Made by a program: the position numbers and the translations under genes
The notes under the pieces: model-generated
Databases searched by the model: none
Told to the model about the DNA's origin: nothing
The model's input: the letters and a program-made list of their open reading frames with translations, nothing else
Shown here: positions 59,901 to 64,000 of the stretch, one piece after another
Position numbering within the stretch: the stretch's first letter is position 1
Layout of the letters: each line of letters begins with the position of its first letter
Source: Podarcis tiliguerta
Lineage: Eukaryota
NCBI GenBank assembly: GCA_965153285.1
Contig: OZ229115.1
Direction: 5' to 3' (one strand)
DNA length: 64,000 nucleotides

Positions 59901-62070
59901 ACCACAGCCACCATCCACATCACGGTGGAGGATGATAACGACAACTCGCCGCAGTTCAGCGAGAAACGCTACGTGGTGCAGGTGCCCGAGAACGTGGCCT
60001 CCAACACTCACATCCTGCGGGTCAATGCGACTGACCGGGACAAAGGTAGCAATGCTCTGGTGCATTACAGCATCATGAGTGGCAACACCCGCGGCCAGTT
60101 CTACATCGATGCCCAGACAGGTAACATTGATGTGGTCAGCCAGCTTGACTATGAGATGAATAAGGAATACACCCTCCGCATTAGGGCCCAGGATGGAGGA
60201 AGACCCCCTCTGTCCAACATCAGTGGGCTGGTGACCATCCAGGTGTTGGATGTCAATGACAACGCCCCCATATTTGTCAGCACCCCTTTTCAGTCCACGG
60301 TGCTGGAGAATGTCCCTGTGGGCTACTCTGTCATCCACATCCAAGCCATTGATGCGGATTCTGGGGAGAACGCTCGGCTGGAGTATGCTCTGGTTGACAC
60401 GAGCTCTGATTTCCCCTTCACCATCAATAACAACACAGGCTGGATTGTGGTGGCCTCTGAATTGGACCGTGAAGCTGTGGACTTCTACAACTTTGGTGTT
60501 GAGGCCCGAGACCACGGTAGCCCCCCCATGACCTCCTCGGCCAGCGTCAGCATCACTGTCCTGGATGTCAATGATAACAATCCTGAGTTTACTCAAAAGG
60601 AATATACCATGAGGCTCAATGAAGACGCTGCTGTGGGCACCAGTGTCCTTACAGTCTCTGCCATCGACCGGGATGTCAACAGCGTCATCACCTACCAGAT
60701 CACTAATGGGAACACCCGCAATCGCTTCTCCATAACCAGCCAGAGTGGTGGGGGTCTCATCACCCTGGCCCTACCCTTGGATTACAAATTAGAGCGTCAG
60801 TACCTGCTTACCATTACTGCTTCCGATGGCACACGACTTGACACGGCCCAGGTTTTTGTGAATGTGACAGATGCCAACACACACCGACCAGTCTTCCAAA
60901 GCTCCCACTACACCGTGAACATCAATGAGGACAGGCCAGTGGGTACCACTGTAGTTATTATTAGTGCTACGGATGAGGACACGGGGGAGAATGCCCGCAT
61001 TACTTACTTCATGGAAGACAGTATCCCTCAGTTCAAGATAGATATGGATACTGGTGCTGTCACCACTCAGATGGAGCTGGACTATGAGGATCAGGTGTCC
61101 TACACATTGGCAATTACAGCCCGGGACAATGGTATCCCCCAGAAATCAGATACTACCTACCTGGAGATCCTAGTCAACGATGTAAATGACAACGCACCTC
61201 AGTTCTTAAGGGATAACTACCAGGGTTCTGTATATGAGGATGTGCCAGCTTTCACGAGTGTCCTGCAGGTTTCCGCCACCGACAGAGACTCTGGGCTGAA
61301 TGGGAGGGTGTTCTATACCTTCCAGGGTGGGGACGATGGGGATGGAGACTTCATAATTGAATCCACATCGGGCATTGTTAGGACACTGCGCAGGCTGGAC
61401 AGGGAGAACGTCCCATTATATGAGCTTAGGGCATATGCCGTCGATAAGGGCATGCCAGCCATGAGGACCCCTATTGATGTCTATATCACTGTTCTTGACG
61501 TCAACGACAACCCCCCTGTCTTTGAACAGGATGAGTTTGACATTTTTGTTGAGGAGAACAGCCCCATTGGTTTAGTGGTGGCCCGGATCACTGCCAGCGA
61601 CCCAGATGAGGGCACCAATGCCCAGATCATGTATCAGATAGTGGAAGGCAACATTCCCGAGGTCTTTCAACTCGACATCTTCTCCGGAGAGCTGACGGCA
61701 CTGATGGATTTGGATTATGAAGCCAAGTCTGAGTATGTCATTGTGGTCCAGGCTACTTCAGCCCCACTCGTCAGCCGGGCCACGGTGCACGTCCGCCTGC
61801 TGGATAAGAACGACAACATCCCTGTCTTGAAGAATTTTGAGATCCTCTTCAATAACTATATCACCAACAAGTCCAGCAGTTTCCCCACGGGTGTGATTGG
61901 CAGAATCCCAGCCTATGACCCAGATGTCTCCGATACGCTCACCTACAGCTTTGAGCAAGGCAACGACCTGAGGCTGGTGCTCCTGAACCACAGCACTGGA
62001 GAGCTACGTCTGAGCAGGGCCTTGGATAACAACAGGCCTTTGGAAGCGATCATGAGAGTATCTGTGTCAG
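58590..62070 (+). CDS. CELSR2: CELSR2 (cadherin EGF LAG seven-pass G-type receptor 2) coding exon 1: signal peptide, prodomain and tandem cadherin repeats; 3'-partial
   Basis: gagATGG start; hydrophobic signal AVLLLLAALG; furin-like RSKR before NVNASPQF; repeated DXNDNXP, LDRE and LDYE cadherin motifs; CELSR2-type peptide EELDRETKSTHVFRVTA; donor tcag|gtaagg at 62070, so ORF sequence beyond that is intron; directly downstream of SARS1. Confidence 0.95.
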
Positions 62071-62210
62071 GTAAGGTGGCAAATGCATTCCTGTGCATGT
62101 GGGTTTGGATCTCAAGTTTTGGGGGAAGGAGAAGCTTTTGGAGCAATCTAGCTCAACTCTGCATGCCTACCTCATGCTCTCCTAACCTTGTGGCTAATCT
62201 CAAATGGCAT

Positions 62211-62335
62211 CATAGAATCTTAGAGTTGGAAGGGACCCAAGGGTCATCTAGTCCAACCCCCTGCAATGCAGGAATCTCAGCTAAAGCATCCATGACAGAT
62301 GGCCACCCAACCTCTGCTTAAAAACATCCAAGGAA
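62211..62335 (-). mobile_element. CR1 LINE 3' end fragment
   Basis: catagaatcttagagttggaagggacccaagggtcatctagtccaaccccctgcaatgcagg. Confidence 0.8.
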
Positions 62336-62414
62336 GCTTTTAAAGAAAGGGCGTCTGATCACACCAGAAAACTTTGGCTAAATAATCATTCTGAATATGT
62401 GGTATATGGCCACA

Positions 62415-62707
62415 CTGCCTTCCCCAGCCTGGTGCCCTGGACTGCAACTCCCACCATCCCTGAATTTTGGCCATGCTGGCTTGGGCTTCTGGGAGTTGTA
62501 GTCCAAAACATCTTTACACTCGCTTTTGACACTTGAGATGTACGTTTTTTGGACCTACCTTATTTCTACGGTTGTTGTTTTAATCTGTTTTTAATATTGT
62601 GTTTGAACTGTTGTAACCCACCCTGGGACCTTAGGGTAATGGGTGGGTAATTAATAATAATAATAATAATGATCATCATCATCAGAGCACCAGGTCAGGG
62701 GAGGCTG
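62415..62707. mobile_element. hAT-derived MITE interrupted by a LINE 3' tail (62514-62683)
   Basis: MITE ends gccttccccagcctggtgccct and agagcaccaggtcaggggaggc are separated by an insert ending (AAT)n(CAT)n. Confidence 0.65.
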
Positions 62708-62757
62708 GCTTAATCTGTTGTTTGCAATTAGGAAGCATTTAGCTGATCATTACAAAG

Positions 62758-62760
<3 letters not shown>

Positions 62761-62790
<30 letters not shown>
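62761..62790. repeat. (CAG)10 microsatellite in CELSR2 intron 1
   Basis: Seen directly. Confidence 0.95.
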
Positions 62791-62793
<3 letters not shown>

Positions 62794-64000
62794 AGTAGAA
62801 CTGCTTTTTTGGAATTGGTGGAGGTTGCATAACAGCCAAATGGTGATCCAGGATTCCGTGCGCTGCTCCAGTTGGCTGCCCCAGTCTTTGCTCTGAGACA
62901 ACAGCCGAAGCTGCAGAATTTCTCCCCCCACCCCATCTCTTCCACAGGCTCCCAGTATCCCAGCCAAAGAATCTTCTTCCTCCTGCCCTTCCTTTCTATT
63001 CCCTTTGAATGGAACCAACCACTTGGGGCTAATTCCATATAAAATTGGCTTTCCTTGCATGCGAGCTGAATGCATGATGATTTGATGCCACCAATAGTGG
63101 CTTTTGGTGTTTGGGGCAGTGCGGATGAGGCAGGAGGAGTGCAAGATGGGTCTGTTCTGTGATCATTCATTCGGAAGATGGAGCTGATCTTCCTCCGAGC
63201 TCTGAGATTCTGTTTATCAGTGCCTGGAAGACGAGGGAGAATGCTGGGAGATATCTGGCTGTCCTATAAGAAAACCTTTAGCATGTCAGTGTCATTGCTA
63301 CCAGACATGGTCCCACAACAAACATGGGCTCTTTTCTCCCAGAGCTTATACTCCTGTATGCTTTTTGTTCCTCAATATGCCACAATACTTTTTGGGTGGT
63401 ATGCTGCTAAGTTTTACACAGACCCACTGAAATTGATGACCTCCATTCTTTGCAGTGGGTCTACTCTCAGTGAAACGTAATCAAATTCCACCGCTTGTTG
63501 CATTTTTGCTGCAACCGAGAAATGAACGCAGCTACTCTTCTGCAACACAGACGTGGAATTTGTGTGCCTGAGATGGGTGTAGCATGTGGGGAAATGTGTC
63601 ACTGGAGTAGAATAGCTGTTTTGTTCCAGGAGAAGGATGCAGTCCCTTTAATTAGCCAGATAGTCTCCTTTTCCTACACTGCCACTTTATTACAATGCCC
63701 GGTGTCTGTGCTTTGCAATTACATTAAATTAAATGCCACTGTCCCAGTGCAGAACTTTGCAGGGTAAGCAAAGAGGCAAGCATCAGCAGAGACGGTTGTT
63801 GTTTGTAGGATACAAATAGATGCAGGGATGGGGAACCTGTGGCCTTGCAAAGGTTGCTGAGCTACAACTCCCATCATTCCTGAACATCAGCCATACTGTT
63901 CTCATAGCAGCTAACCAGATGCCTGTGGGAAGCCTGCATGCAGGACCCAAGTTCAACAAGGGTCTCCCAACTCCCTGCTCCCCTCCGAATAGTGGGGGAT

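Noticed and set aside
59331-60596. 421-aa antisense ORF
   Set aside because: It mirrors the GC3-biased CELSR2 cadherin codons, has no recognisable domain, and such shadow ORFs are expected opposite strongly biased coding sequence
62071-62321. C-terminal extension of the 1243-aa ORF beyond the CELSR2 donor
   Set aside because: Intron read-through past a consensus cag|gtaagg donor into a CR1 fragment

Overview
Vertebrate genomic DNA, most likely from a lacertid lizard. This is inferred from the Sauria-type SINE, BovB, CR1, L2 and Penelope remnants. Three spliced protein-coding genes lie on the + strand in the order ELAPOR1 (KIAA1324) - SARS1 - CELSR2, the order known from human 1p13.3. ELAPOR1 has 19 coding exons at 6336-25233 that splice into one open frame; its 5' exons lie upstream of the window. 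SARS1 is complete, with 11 coding exons at 32151-45255 encoding 514 aa. CELSR2 is represented by its large first coding exon at 58590-62070. All coding introns read GT-AG. The rest is intronic or intergenic DNA with many transposon fragments, MITEs and microsatellites. I see no evidence for a new multi-gene system. The best leads are a candidate alternative exon that would change the ELAPOR1 cytoplasmic tail, a 1.9-kb GC-rich insertion with a decayed Myb/SANT-like motif, an ATF4-type element in SARS1 intron 1, uORFs upstream of CELSR2, and an orphan promoter-like module about 2.7 kb upstream of CELSR2. Exon numbers for ELAPOR1 are assigned by analogy to the mammalian gene. Repeat family names come from motif recognition rather than a database search, and repeat boundaries are approximate unless target-site duplications (TSDs) are given.
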